Positions 38,245 to 48,667 of a stretch of DNA of 52,238 nucleotides are shown here, one piece after another. Within the stretch, counting starts at the first letter, position 1. Each line of letters opens with the position of its first letter. The stretch is from Verrucomicrobiota bacterium. Its GTDB lineage: Bacteria; Verrucomicrobiota; Kiritimatiellia; CAIKKV01; CAITUY01. The notes beneath the pieces are model-generated. The model made no database searches and had not been told where the DNA came from. It was given only the letters and a program-made list of their open reading frames with translations. The translations under genes were made by a program, and so were the position numbers. The stretch lies in NCBI GenBank assembly GCA_011391785.1, contig JAABPW010000325.1:1-52238 (forward strand). Reading direction: 5' to 3'.

Positions 38245-39597
38245 TCACATCCCGAGTCTGCAGGCACAGCTAAGGGGCAGCACCCGCGCCTCCCGGCCTT
38301 CCGAGGCCACCAACCCCTCCAGCGCAAGGTAGACATAAACCTTGCCATCCTCCGCCGCGCCGGGAATGAAGTCATCCTTGTCCTGCTCGAATTTAAAGGT
38401 AAACGTGGCCTCTGCATGGCCATTCGTGATGGAAACGTTTTCCAGCGGAACGGACCGGATATACGGCCCCCCCCCGTCCTCGGCCGCGGGAATATAAACC
38501 CATATGCTGTATTTCCGGTTTGGCGGCTGGAGACGGTTGAACACGAGCCGCAGCGGCAGGGTATAGGAACTGTTCAGTCTTATTCGCTCAGGCTGCTTGA
38601 GCGGAAACACCAGGCACTGCTCATCGCGCTCGGATGAAAAGGAGACCCTCGAACTGTAATTCTGGTATTTATTCAGCAAGGCCCTGTCGTTCGCTGTCAG
38701 CGGGTAACCCTTGTAGTCGAACTTGTATGCCGGCAGGACCCTGCCAGCATCGCGCGCCAGGCCACTCATCATGGTATCGATGGCCTTCTGCTGGATTTCC
38801 TCGGCGGCAAGCACAACCCGGGACCGATGCAGCAGGTCAAGGCTGGAAAGATACGCGTTAACGGTCCGGGCGGTCGCAAACCCGTCAAGCGCCAGGCGGG
38901 TATTTGAGCGGAGCGCAATCTGCCGCGCCTTCTCCAGGCACTTGCCAGCCTTCTCCTTGTGCGGCGCGTCGCAAAACTCCGAGAGGGCGACAACCAGTTC
39001 CTTGGTTTCGATGAAATCGACCAAATTGATTTTGTTGGTGGCCGACAAGGCTTCAAGGCGTGCAAAACCGGCCTCGTAATAATCCTTCTTTGCATCCTGG
39101 ACCAACGTATCGATTTTCGCCGCATACTTCCCCTGCGCATCCTTGTATTTAAGCATGCCCAGGTTCATCACGGCGCCCTTGTAGGCCTTGGTCAGCTTGT
39201 CGCTCGCCTTGAAGGTCTTTGCCTCGTCGTCAATTGCCTTCTCCAAACCGGGGTCCTCCTTCAGGAACGACTCCCATTCCTGGAGAAGCTGGGTGAGAAT
39301 CCGCTTCAGTCTCTGGTGCTTCTTCTCCAACGCCTTGAGACTGCTCACATACCCGTTGACCTGCTCGAGCGGATACGGCGTTCCCGGCTTCATCTTTGGA
39401 ATAACCGCTTCCACGTCGCCGGCGGGAAAGCTCTTCTCGTCCCCTGTTTCCTTGTCGATGTACAGGATCTTATCGTTGTCCTTGCGCGTACTCCACACCC
39501 ACAGCCCTTTCCCGTCCTTGGTCACGACAAAGGACTCAGCCTGGGCGCAGGCGCAAAAACCGGCAACAACCATTAACATGCACAATATTTTTCTCAT
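38245..39597 (-). CDS. Hypothetical exported protein
   Basis: AGGAG RBS; signal peptide MRKILCMLMVVAGFCACAQA; 450-aa ORF co-oriented with its neighbours. Confidence 0.75.
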   Translation of the reverse strand: MRKILCMLMVVAGFCACAQAESFVVTKDGKGLWVWSTRKDNDKILYIDKETGDEKSFPAGDVEAVIPKMKPGTPYPLEQVNGYVSSLKALEKKHQRLKRILTQLLQEWESFLKEDPGLEKAIDDEAKTFKASDKLTKAYKGAVMNLGMLKYKDAQGKYAAKIDTLVQDAKKDYYEAGFARLEALSATNKINLVDFIETKELVVALSEFCDAPHKEKAGKCLEKARQIALRSNTRLALDGFATARTVNAYLSSLDLLHRSRVVLAAEEIQQKAIDTMMSGLARDAGRVLPAYKFDYKGYPLTANDRALLNKYQNYSSRVSFSSERDEQCLVFPLKQPERIRLNSSYTLPLRLVFNRLQPPNRKYSIWVYIPAAEDGGGPYIRSVPLENVSITNGHAEATFTFKFEQDKDDFIPGAAEDGKVYVYLALEGLVASEGREARVLPLSCACRLGM

Positions 39598-39643
39598 TTG
39601 TATCTCCTGTCGATTCCGCTCTTCATTTCACATGCAATTTCCA

Positions 39644-40936
39644 TCAGGCCGTTCGTTTCAATAGGGTGGCGAAGGCGCCGTCAACCTTGTCACGGGGCGG
39701 GAAAAGCTTGCGTTCGGAAACCTTCATGAAGTTGGGATGAGCCGTAAGCCAGGCGGAAACCAGCGCCTCATCCTCCTCGATTTCAAGGCTGCAGGTGCTG
39801 TAGACAATGCGTCCCCCGATGCGGACCCGCGTGGCCGCGCCATCCAAAATCATCCGCTGGGTCTCGCAGACCCGGGCAAGGCGCTCATCGGAGAAACGCC
39901 AGCGCGCGTCAGCCCGGCGCCGCAAAACACCGGTGTTCATGCAGGGTACATCCAGCAGGATGCCGTCAAACAGTAACCCGGCCAACTCGGGTATCCCTTC
40001 AGCCCCGGGCCGGCAGCGGGTCATGTCGCCTTCAATCACGCACACCCCCTCCAGCCCCATCCGCTTCAGGTTTTCATTCAGGAACCCCATCCGGTCGGCA
40101 TGGACATCCATCGCGGTCAGGGTCTCGCCGCTCCCCATTTTCTCGGCGATGGCCACCGTCTTCCCCCCTGGCGCGGCACACGCATCCAGAATGCGTTCCT
40201 GCCGTTTCGGATCAAGCAGGTCCACCGCCATGATCGTGGAGGGATCCTGCACCATGAACCAGCCATCCTCGAACCCGAGGACATCCTCCACATTGACGCC
40301 GCGCGCCAGATTGCAGAAACGGGCGGGATCAAAGGGGTGCGGCTCCACCTTGATGCCCACGGAGGCCAGCCGGTCCCTGAAATCAGCCATTTCAATGCGC
40401 TGGGTGTTCAGCCGCAGGGTCACCGAGGCCCGGGTGTTGTTCCACTCGCACAAGGCATCGGTATCCGCCTCGCCGTACACCTGCGTCCAACGCCGGACCA
40501 GGGTTTCAGGATGCGACAGTCGGACGCCCGGCGGCTGGCCCTTCAAGGCCTGAATGACAAGCGGTTTCTCGCGCAACACCCGCCGGAGCACGCCATTGCA
40601 AAAATTGACTTCCGCCTGCCCGAACTCCGCCTTGACCGCCTCCGCCGTCTCATTCACCGCCGCATAGGCTTCGACCGTGTCCATGTGCAGGCATTGGTAC
40701 AGGCCGACCATCAGGTGCGCCCGGAGCGGAATGGCGGGCAGCGATTTCATGCACTGTTTCAGCACCCACTCCAGTTCGCGCTTCCACTTGACCACCCCGT
40801 AGGCGACCTCCATCACAAACCCGCGGTTGGCGAGCACCCGGTTCATCATGCGGTCCGGAAAATCGCCCGTTTCCATCCATTGGGCTATGATTCCCGCCGC
40901 CACCGCCCGTGAACTCGTCTGTGCAGTAATTTTCAT
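39644..40936 (-). CDS. rsmB: 16S rRNA m5C967 methyltransferase RsmB/Sun
   Basis: NusB-like N-terminus, VQD, LDACAAPGGKT, DVPC, YSTCS. Confidence 0.92.
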   Translation of the reverse strand: MKITAQTSSRAVAAGIIAQWMETGDFPDRMMNRVLANRGFVMEVAYGVVKWKRELEWVLKQCMKSLPAIPLRAHLMVGLYQCLHMDTVEAYAAVNETAEAVKAEFGQAEVNFCNGVLRRVLREKPLVIQALKGQPPGVRLSHPETLVRRWTQVYGEADTDALCEWNNTRASVTLRLNTQRIEMADFRDRLASVGIKVEPHPFDPARFCNLARGVNVEDVLGFEDGWFMVQDPSTIMAVDLLDPKRQERILDACAAPGGKTVAIAEKMGSGETLTAMDVHADRMGFLNENLKRMGLEGVCVIEGDMTRCRPGAEGIPELAGLLFDGILLDVPCMNTGVLRRRADARWRFSDERLARVCETQRMILDGAATRVRIGGRIVYSTCSLEIEEDEALVSAWLTAHPNFMKVSERKLFPPRDKVDGAFATLLKRTA

Positions 40937-41964
40937 AATGTCTTCCGGCTTCTCAACCGCAACTGTCCGCAGGCGGCATCGATGTTTGTCCCCTTGGAAA
41001 TCCGTGTCGTGGCATTGATTCCGGCACGGCCGAGCACCTCGATGAAAAGGGGTGCCGTACCGGGATCGGGAGCCTGTCCCTCAAATCCGTCAACCGGGCT
41101 CAGGGGGATGAGATTCACCCGCCCGGGAATGGAGCGCAACAGGCTGGCCAGGGCGGCGGCGTGCTGCCGGGTGTCATTCACCCCGCGGATCAGCGTGTAC
41201 TCAAAGGTGATAATCCGGCGCGTGGCGGCCGCATAGCGGGTGCAGGCCGCCATGAGCGCTTCCAGGGGATATTTGCGGTTCACCGGCATCAGCTTGCTGC
41301 GCAGTGGATTGTCCGGCGCATGAAGCGACACGGAAAGCTCGACCTGAATCCCCTCATCGGCCAGTCGCGCAATGCCAGGCACGACACCGCTGGTGCTGAT
41401 CGTGATATGACGGGCCCCGATGTTGAGACCTTCCGCGTCGTTGATGATCCTGACCGCCTTGAGAACGGCGTCGTAATTGTCAAAAGGCTCCCCCATCCCC
41501 ATGAAGACGATATTCGACGGGCGGTCCCCGTATTCCCGCCAGGCCAGCAGGAGCTGCCCGATAATCTCACCGGTCTCCAGGTTCCGGACATAGCCCCCCT
41601 TCCCGCTGGCGCAGAAAACACAGGCGAACCGGCAGCCCACCTGGCTTGACACGCAAACGGTTTTCCGGTCACGGGCCGGAATGAGCACTTCCTCCACGCA
41701 CTCGCCATCCCGCAACCCTGCCAGGATCTTCCGTGTCCCGACAGGGTCCCCTTCGGTTTTGAGGGGAGCCACACCCGCGAGATCGAATTTCGATGCCAGG
41801 CCCGCCCTCAACGCGGCGGGCAGGTTCTTCATCTCCGCCCAGTCCGCCACCCGCCGGGCATACAACCACGCCCAGATCTGGCCAGCCCGGTAGGACGGCA
41901 GTCCAAGCGCCTGGCATTCGGTCTCCAATTCAAGTCGGGACAGGCTGTGAATCAGGGGTTTCAT
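40933..41964 (-). CDS. rlmN: Dual-specificity 23S rRNA/tRNA m2A methyltransferase RlmN
   Basis: CVSSQVGCRFACVFCAS, MGMGEP, SLHAP, FEYTLI.GVND, IDAACGQL. Confidence 0.96.
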   Translation of the reverse strand: MKPLIHSLSRLELETECQALGLPSYRAGQIWAWLYARRVADWAEMKNLPAALRAGLASKFDLAGVAPLKTEGDPVGTRKILAGLRDGECVEEVLIPARDRKTVCVSSQVGCRFACVFCASGKGGYVRNLETGEIIGQLLLAWREYGDRPSNIVFMGMGEPFDNYDAVLKAVRIINDAEGLNIGARHITISTSGVVPGIARLADEGIQVELSVSLHAPDNPLRSKLMPVNRKYPLEALMAACTRYAAATRRIITFEYTLIRGVNDTRQHAAALASLLRSIPGRVNLIPLSPVDGFEGQAPDPGTAPLFIEVLGRAGINATTRISKGTNIDAACGQLRLRSRKTL

Positions 41965-43559
41965 GCGCGTTTTATGAATTTCCGGTGGAGGATACCGACC
42001 ACCGTGCGGGTTTCATGGACATGAAAAAGCCAGCTCATTCCGAAATAAACACAGGCGCCCACCCCGATCTCGATCAGCAGGGCGGTGATCAGCATGACAA
42101 GTCCCTGCCCGAATCCCGCCAGCCAATGCTTCAGGAACCAGACCGAGACACCGCAGGCCAGGGCGGGGATGCCGATCGCCAAAGCATACCGGAACCAGCG
42201 CCCCCAATCGCCATAGTCGACATCCCGCCGCAAATACATCGCCAATTGAATGGAATTGACGAGGGCCAAACATCCGGTGGTGGCCGCCAGCCCGACATGG
42301 CCCATATGAAAATACTTAACCAGGGTGAAGTTCATCACGAGGTTCAGGCCGATCCCCGCCAAACTGACCATGAGGGGCGTCCGACGCCGGTCGAGGGCAT
42401 AGAAGCAGGGCGTCACAACCTTGATCGCGGCGTAACCGGCTAACCCGATGGAATAGGCGCGCAGGGCATTGGCCGTCAACAGGGTGTCACCCGAATTGAA
42501 TTTCCCGTGTTCGTAGATGACCCTGATGATATCCGGCGCCAGGACCACCAGCCCCACCGTGGCCGGAATAGTCAGGAAAAACGCGAGACGCAGAGCATCC
42601 TCGATAGTTTTTCCGACGGCCTTCATGTCCGAGCGGGCATGCAACCTCGCAACCGCAGGAAGCGTGACGGTGGCAATGGCAACGCCGAACACCCCGATGG
42701 GAAACTGCATGAGCCGGAAGGCGCAGTTCAACCAGCCGCGCGCCCCGTTGATTTCCGAGGCGAATATCCCGTTGATGAGGACATTCACCTGCACGGCGGC
42801 GCCGGCGATCATGCTGGGCCAGGCGAGGGCCCAGACCATGCGCAGGCGCGGATCGGAAAAATCGAGTTTCCAGTGGAACCGATATCCAAGCTTCCACAAC
42901 GACGGAATCTGGACGGCCAATTGGGCCAATCCTCCCAGCAGGACCCCGAGCGTCAGTCCATACAACGCCCGCTCGGAAAAGTCGGGATGCCGCCAGTTGT
43001 CCTGGGGGTCGAACGCATAGGCCAGCAGGACCCCACTAGTCACCGAGACCAGGTTGAAGATCGTAGAAGCCGAGGCCGGGAGCCCGAACACAAACCGGGC
43101 ATTGAGGATCCCCATCACCACCGCCGCCAGCGACACAAACATGATGAAGGGGAAAAGGATACGGGTCAGCTTCACCGTCAGCTCGAATTTCCCCGGCACG
43201 CCATGAAACCCGAAGTTCGTGATCTGGACCAGAAGCGGGCTGGCGGCGATACCCACGACGCAAATCACCCCCATGATCAGGATCATGGCACTGAACAGGA
43301 GGCTGGCCAGCCGCCAGGCGGGGGGTTCGCCCTCCTTCTCCAGCGTCTTGGCGAAGGTGGTCGTAAAGGCCGTGGATAAAGCGCCTTCCGCAAACAAATC
43401 GCGAAGCAAGTTGGGAATCTGGAATGCCGCCAGGAACGCGTCGAGGTATTTCCCTGCGCCAAACATGGCGGCAAAGACCTGCTCGCGAACAAGACCCAGA
43501 ATCCGGGATCCCATCACGGCCAGACCCACAATGCCGGCAGATTTATGATGGCTACTCAT
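41961..43559 (-). CDS. murJ: Lipid II flippase MurJ (MviN)
   Basis: SRILGLVRE, DAFLAAFQIPNLLRDLFAEGA, RLMQFPIGVFG. Confidence 0.96.
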   Translation of the reverse strand: MSSHHKSAGIVGLAVMGSRILGLVREQVFAAMFGAGKYLDAFLAAFQIPNLLRDLFAEGALSTAFTTTFAKTLEKEGEPPAWRLASLLFSAMILIMGVICVVGIAASPLLVQITNFGFHGVPGKFELTVKLTRILFPFIMFVSLAAVVMGILNARFVFGLPASASTIFNLVSVTSGVLLAYAFDPQDNWRHPDFSERALYGLTLGVLLGGLAQLAVQIPSLWKLGYRFHWKLDFSDPRLRMVWALAWPSMIAGAAVQVNVLINGIFASEINGARGWLNCAFRLMQFPIGVFGVAIATVTLPAVARLHARSDMKAVGKTIEDALRLAFFLTIPATVGLVVLAPDIIRVIYEHGKFNSGDTLLTANALRAYSIGLAGYAAIKVVTPCFYALDRRRTPLMVSLAGIGLNLVMNFTLVKYFHMGHVGLAATTGCLALVNSIQLAMYLRRDVDYGDWGRWFRYALAIGIPALACGVSVWFLKHWLAGFGQGLVMLITALLIEIGVGACVYFGMSWLFHVHETRTVVGILHRKFIKRA

Positions 43560-43612
43560 AGCCGGCCATTAAACAGGCGGATAACCCGCGGCGTCAAGGA
43601 TGCAAAACGAGA

Positions 43613-44248
43613 TCAGTCTCCCGCGGTCTTGGTCCCCAGCGCAGCGGCTTCGACAACCGCCTTGGCCTTGCGTTCGGCATGATCCTGGAAGAAAAACGGA
43701 TTCTGCCCCTGCGCCCAGGCTACCTCGACATCCTTGATCCCGACAAATCCCACGGCGGCCTTGATGCCATTCCGGATTCCGTCACGCAGGTCACCGGGCT
43801 CGTAAGTCCCGCCGGATGAAGCCAGCACGACGACCTTGCGGATCTTGTGGAGCGCTTTAACGCCCTCCCCACCGATCGAGAAGGTCACGTTCGGCATAAG
43901 AACCTGGTCAAACCACGCCTTCAGGATCGCCGGCATGCCGAAGTTCCACATGGGGGTCGTTATCACCAGCACATCCGCCTGCTTGAACAGCTCGCACTGT
44001 TTCTGGGCATACTTGACAGCCGCCTTTTCCTGGTCGGTCGGCTTGTACCCCGCATCGAACACCGGATACCAGTAATGACGGTAGGTTGAATAATCATAAA
44101 AAGGCGGGGGATTCGCATAGAGATCCAGTTCAGTCACGGAAACCCCGGGCTGTTTCGCCTTGAGGGCCTGGAAAAACGAGGCGCTGAGCGCCTTGGAATT
44201 CGCCTCGGCGGCAGGCTTGGGATTCGCAATCACGTGCAGGACATGCAT
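43613..44248 (-). CDS. FMN-dependent NADH-azoreductase (AzoR/AcpD family)
   Basis: ADVLVITTPMWNFGMPAILKAWFD, ASSGG.Y, FVGI. Confidence 0.88.
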   Translation of the reverse strand: MHVLHVIANPKPAAEANSKALSASFFQALKAKQPGVSVTELDLYANPPPFYDYSTYRHYWYPVFDAGYKPTDQEKAAVKYAQKQCELFKQADVLVITTPMWNFGMPAILKAWFDQVLMPNVTFSIGGEGVKALHKIRKVVVLASSGGTYEPGDLRDGIRNGIKAAVGFVGIKDVEVAWAQGQNPFFFQDHAERKAKAVVEAAALGTKTAGD

Positions 44249-44265
44249 GCTAACCTCTCTTTATG

Positions 44266-44679
44266 TTATTTTCGAACTTCGATGGTAACACGACCGGGAA
44301 ATGCCTGGGACAGGACAGTGGCCAGATTTTGCCGGAATGCCTTGTACGACTCTTCCCGGCTCTCGCCCGGGGTCAGTGGATTGGCATAAACAGCAATACG
44401 GTTCTGGGTCCGCTTGGCAAAGAACCCGATCTGATAATTGGCTGACGCCTGATAGAGTCGGATAATATTGAGCTCACCGGATTTGACTTTCGCCAACTTA
44501 TACCGGGCGGCGAAGGCATCCAGCGTCGCCCTCAGCTTGTCTGCGTCCGAATCCGTGATCGCCGTCCCCACCCCGCCAGCCCCGTGGATGACATAGTACT
44601 TCACCGGTTCCTGCTTCATGCAGGCACCACAAGCCAATAACACCAGCACCAGCGCCATACAGCGGACTATCATGCTCAT
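44266..44679 (-). CDS. Hypothetical lipoprotein
   Basis: Hydrophobic N-terminus ending LLACGAC; GGAGG upstream of ATG 44679. Confidence 0.65.
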   Translation of the reverse strand: MSMIVRCMALVLVLLACGACMKQEPVKYYVIHGAGGVGTAITDSDADKLRATLDAFAARYKLAKVKSGELNIIRLYQASANYQIGFFAKRTQNRIAVYANPLTPGESREESYKAFRQNLATVLSQAFPGRVTIEVRK

Positions 44680-44726
44680 TACGGATCCTCCTGATATCGT
44701 CACACGGCTCCCCCCGGCATCGGACA

Positions 44727-45461
44727 CTAGACCCCCAGCCGCAGGCGGATGGCCAGGCGCTCGGGCAACCCGGCGGAAACAATTTTCTTCTGGGCCCCGG
44801 CAATATCGTAGTCCACACGCCGCAACTCGATCTCGCGGGACGTGGTGTCATAGATGGCGTAGGAAGAACGATTGTCGCCATCACGCGGCTGACCAACGCT
44901 CCCGACGTTCACAAAATACTTCTTGCCGAGCGTCACAGGAAACTTGCCGCCGCCATTGATCCGGCGGACATAGCCGGCCTTTTCGAAAACAACCGGCTGG
45001 TGGGTGTGCCCGTAGAAACAAACCGTGGTAGACTGGTAGTTGAAATTGGATTCGGCCTCCAGCTCATCAAAGACATAGCCCCATTTTTCAGGCATATCGA
45101 GCGTGCTGTGAACCAGCGTGAAGCTGCTTACGACCCGGACCAGCTTCAACTGCTTGAGAAACGCCAGCTCCTCATCCGTCAACTGGTTGCGGGTCCAATC
45201 CACCACATTGGCGGCCAGGGGGTGGAAATCGCGGATGCAGTCATCATGGGAGCAATAATGGTCGTGATTGCCCCGGACACAGATCGCGTTCAGTTCCCGG
45301 ATCTTCCGCAGGCATTCGGCGGGATTGGCATTGTAGCCAACCATGTCGCCGACGCAGGTAAAATTCGTCACCCCATTGGCCTGGGCGTCCTCAAGCACGG
45401 CAGACAGCGCCTCCCAGTTCCCGTGGATATCCCCCATCACCGCATATCGCACATTCGCCAT
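44727..45461 (-). CDS. Calcineurin-like metallophosphoesterase
   Basis: GDIHGN, GDMVGY, RGNHD, GHTH, NVGSVGQPRDG. Confidence 0.92.
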   Translation of the reverse strand: MANVRYAVMGDIHGNWEALSAVLEDAQANGVTNFTCVGDMVGYNANPAECLRKIRELNAICVRGNHDHYCSHDDCIRDFHPLAANVVDWTRNQLTDEELAFLKQLKLVRVVSSFTLVHSTLDMPEKWGYVFDELEAESNFNYQSTTVCFYGHTHQPVVFEKAGYVRRINGGGKFPVTLGKKYFVNVGSVGQPRDGDNRSSYAIYDTTSREIELRRVDYDIAGAQKKIVSAGLPERLAIRLRLGV

Positions 45462-45467
45462 ACTGAG

Positions 45468-46145
45468 CTATACCTTCAGAATCATCGCCGCGAGGGCAAG
45501 ATCCCCTGGAGTCGTAATTTTGATGTTTGTGCCGGGTGCCGGGACAAGATGAACAGGCTCCCCGACCGCCTCAACCGCCGAGGCGTCATCCGTTACTGTT
45601 AGCTTTTTCTTTCCCGTCTGTCCATAAGCTTTCATCAGCCAGTCCGTCCGGAAGGTTTGCGGCGTCTGGACCGTCCACAGTTTCGCGCGATCCACGGTTG
45701 CCGAAACCATCGTCCCGCGGTCCACCGACTTGACGGTATCAGTCACCTTCACTGCCGCGACACCGGATCCGGTGCGTTTGGCCGACAGGATGGTGGCCTC
45801 GATCACGGCCGGAGTCACGCAGGGCCTGGCCCCGTCATGAATCGCCACGATTTTGACGTCATCGCCAAGCTCGGCCAGTCCGTTCATCACCGAGGCCTGC
45901 CGCGAGGCGCCTCCGGCAATCACTTTACGGACCTTGGAACACCCGAACATCTGAACCAGCCCGCGCGCCGAATCCAGGCGATCCTTCCGGACCACCAGGA
46001 TCACGCCATCGATGAGAGGACACTTCTCGAAAGCAAGCAATGAATACGCCAGAACCGGCTTGGTCCCGAGTGACAGGAAAGCCTTGTCGATGTCCGCTCC
46101 CATCCGCTCACTTTTTCCCGCCGCAACAATAATACCAACTATCAT
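45468..46145 (-). CDS. ispD: 2-C-methyl-D-erythritol 4-phosphate cytidylyltransferase
   Basis: AAGKSERMG, RQASV.NG, IHDGARP, QTPQ.F, TDD, NIKITT..DL. Confidence 0.94.
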   Translation of the reverse strand: MIVGIIVAAGKSERMGADIDKAFLSLGTKPVLAYSLLAFEKCPLIDGVILVVRKDRLDSARGLVQMFGCSKVRKVIAGGASRQASVMNGLAELGDDVKIVAIHDGARPCVTPAVIEATILSAKRTGSGVAAVKVTDTVKSVDRGTMVSATVDRAKLWTVQTPQTFRTDWLMKAYGQTGKKKLTVTDDASAVEAVGEPVHLVPAPGTNIKITTPGDLALAAMILKV

Positions 46146-46224
46146 AATCCACCACCCCCTTCAGGTAATCGGAATAGTACCCTCTCCCTGCCCCCCTGTC
46201 AAAAAGGTAATATTTTCATCCTTC

Positions 46225-48120
46225 ATGCCGGGAGCGCTCTGTGCTAAAGCTTTCACGGTGAAACACCCTCGAAAAGCAATTGTGCTGGCAGCCGGATACG
46301 GAGCGCGCCTCCTTCCGCTCACCCAGATTAAGCCCAAGCCCCTTTTTCCGCTCTGGGGAAAGCCGGTACTGGGTCACACCCTTGAACTGCTCCAGCGCTG
46401 GGGGGTGCGCGAAGTGCTGGTCAATGTCCACTATCATGCCGGCCAGATCCTGGACTATCTCCGGACCAATCCCGTCAAGGGGCTCCATTGCCAGCTTTCC
46501 TTCGAGCCCGAAATCCTGGGAACCGGCGGCGTCCTGCCAAAGGCACGCTGGTTCCTCGATGAAGACCCGTTCTGGATGCTGAACGCGGACGTCCTCGCCG
46601 ATCTCCCCTGCCGCCCCCTTCTGGAAGCCAACGAACGTCATAACCCCATATCAACGTTATGGTTGCACCCTGAGCGCGGACCGCGAACCGTCGAGCACCG
46701 CGATGGGCTGGTAACCGTGTTCAAAAGCCCCCTTTCCGGCACAGAGGGCACCGCGACCTTCTGCGGACTCCAACTGCTCTCCCCCCGGATCCTGAACCAC
46801 CTTCCCCCATCGGGCTTCGCCTCCATTATCGACGCTTATGAAAACGCACTGAACGCAGGCGAGAAAATCGCCGGTGTCATTGTACCGAACGCGTATTGGG
46901 CCGATATCGGAAAGGCGGAAGCCTATCTGGCCACGCACCGGGAAATGCTGGATCATCCCCGCTGGAAACATCACCGGCCCGGGGACGGCCGCATGGTGGC
47001 CAAGGGCGCCGGAACCACCGTCTCGCCGTCCGCCTCCATTGACCATAGCGTGTTGTGGGACAATGTCACCGTCGGACCAACCGCCCGGATCGAGAATGCC
47101 ATTATTGCCGATAACGTCACGGTGCGGGGGCCAGTCTCCTACATGGCAGTAAGGGCGGACCAGCTGCAGGACCCGGAAGTAACTGGAATTCTGCGCGAGC
47201 TGGAATGGGAGCCTGAATCGACCACCGTCATGCCCCTGCCCCCACGCGGATCCGCCCGCACCTTCACCCGCCTTTCCACCGCCCGGAATAGCGCCATCCT
47301 GGTGCGCTACACCCTGGAACGGCCCGAAAATGCCCTCTATTGCAGCCACGCCCGCTTCCTGACACGGAACGGGGTCAAGGTTCCCGGCGTTCTCCTCGAC
47401 CGGCCGGATGACCACATCTGCGTCATGGAGGATGTCGGCGCCGACAGCCTGGAGCAGCTGGTCCCGGCCCTGTCCCGCAAATCCTGCCTTGCGCTCTACC
47501 GGCAAACGCTCGATACCGTGGCCCGCCTTCACGGCCAGGCCACCCAGGCAGCCCGGCACCGCCCGATCGAACTCTCCATGCCCTTCACCCGCCACCTTTA
47601 CGAGTGGGAACAAAATCTCTTCTGCGAGCAGTTCCTGAGCCGGCATCTTGGAGTGGAGACCGGGAAGCTGGCCCTGATCCGGCAGGAACTCGCCCGCCTG
47701 ATTCCGGTGCAGATACGGGCGCCCCGGGTGATCATTCATCGCGATCTCCAGTCCAGCAATGTCCTGGTGAAAAAGGGCGAGATTTTCCTGATCGACTTCC
47801 AGGGTATGCGACTAGGGACGGCGGCCTATGACCTGGCCTCGCTCCTGTGTGATCCCTATGTGAACCTGCCGGACGATATCCGCTCGGAATTGCTCGACTA
47901 TTATCTGGGAATCGTGCCGGACGGCAAATCCACGCAATCGCTTTTCTGGGTGGCCGCGGCGGAACGGCTCGCCCAGGCCCTGGGCGCCTTCGGCCGGCTT
48001 GGGGCCAGCCCCGCCACCGCTTACTTCCTGAAGCACATCCCCTCCGGCGTCCGGCAACTCCGCCACGCGCTCAACCATGTCCCGGGCCTGCCAACCCTGA
48101 AAGGCTGCCTGGAGCCGTGA
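46225..48120 (+). CDS. Sugar-phosphate nucleotidyltransferase (MurU-like) fused to an APH/choline-kinase-fold kinase (AmgK-like)
   Basis: AIVLAAGYGARLLPLT..KPKPL, EILGTGG, WADIG; then GSARTFTR, HRDLQSSN, IDFQG, YDLASLL.DPY, QALGAFG; start uncertain (ATG 46225 or GTG 46258). Confidence 0.85.
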   Translation: MPGALCAKAFTVKHPRKAIVLAAGYGARLLPLTQIKPKPLFPLWGKPVLGHTLELLQRWGVREVLVNVHYHAGQILDYLRTNPVKGLHCQLSFEPEILGTGGVLPKARWFLDEDPFWMLNADVLADLPCRPLLEANERHNPISTLWLHPERGPRTVEHRDGLVTVFKSPLSGTEGTATFCGLQLLSPRILNHLPPSGFASIIDAYENALNAGEKIAGVIVPNAYWADIGKAEAYLATHREMLDHPRWKHHRPGDGRMVAKGAGTTVSPSASIDHSVLWDNVTVGPTARIENAIIADNVTVRGPVSYMAVRADQLQDPEVTGILRELEWEPESTTVMPLPPRGSARTFTRLSTARNSAILVRYTLERPENALYCSHARFLTRNGVKVPGVLLDRPDDHICVMEDVGADSLEQLVPALSRKSCLALYRQTLDTVARLHGQATQAARHRPIELSMPFTRHLYEWEQNLFCEQFLSRHLGVETGKLALIRQELARLIPVQIRAPRVIIHRDLQSSNVLVKKGEIFLIDFQGMRLGTAAYDLASLLCDPYVNLPDDIRSELLDYYLGIVPDGKSTQSLFWVAAAERLAQALGAFGRLGASPATAYFLKHIPSGVRQLRHALNHVPGLPTLKGCLEP

Positions 48121-48537
48121 TCAGATATCCAGCAGCGTCATCTGGTCGGGGTCATCCGGCGCGCGGTTCTTCTCCAACTCCGCCTCAAGCCAGCGCTTGA
48201 GGACGGAAAGCACATAGTCCTTTTCCCCCTGGGCCAGGGGGCGCCCCGACTCGATCTGATGCCAGCTCAGGAGGCAGCGCCGGCAGCAGGTGGCCGTGGC
48301 GTGCTGGGCAACAAACACGGGATGCCCCTTCATAGGGGTCTGCATCCCATCCTTGGCGGGATTGGCGGGGGCCAGGCGTTCTTCGATAAAGGCGGCGGCA
48401 TGCCGCAACGCGACCGGAACCCCGCCGGACTTCAACGCCAGGAAATCCTTCCTCCCCAGCCTGAATTTCTGTCGAAATTCCGATTTCTGAAGGGCCTCGA
48501 ATACCGAATCAAGTCTGGCTGAATCCTGAGTCGTCAT
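48121..48537 (-). CDS. DUF4186 family protein
   Basis: SEFRQKFRL, RLAPA.P.KDG.QTPMKGHPVFVAQHATATCCR.CL..WH. Confidence 0.88.
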   Translation of the reverse strand: MTTQDSARLDSVFEALQKSEFRQKFRLGRKDFLALKSGGVPVALRHAAAFIEERLAPANPAKDGMQTPMKGHPVFVAQHATATCCRRCLLSWHQIESGRPLAQGEKDYVLSVLKRWLEAELEKNRAPDDPDQMTLLDI

Positions 48538-48623
48538 GGAATGTCCTGCTCTGTCATAGATCCGACGATTATGAAATCCCCCACCGACCGACTCAAGCGC
48601 AATTAATTGTCCTCGGGTATGTG

Positions 48624-48651
48624 TTGAACCCGGCTGGGATTATGGTATCCT
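48624..48651 (+). promoter_or_regulatory. Putative ssrA promoter
   Basis: TTGAAC-N16-TATCCT with an extended TG, 16 nt upstream of the tmRNA 5' end. Confidence 0.55.
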
Positions 48652-48667
48652 ATTTGAAGTCGTCTTT

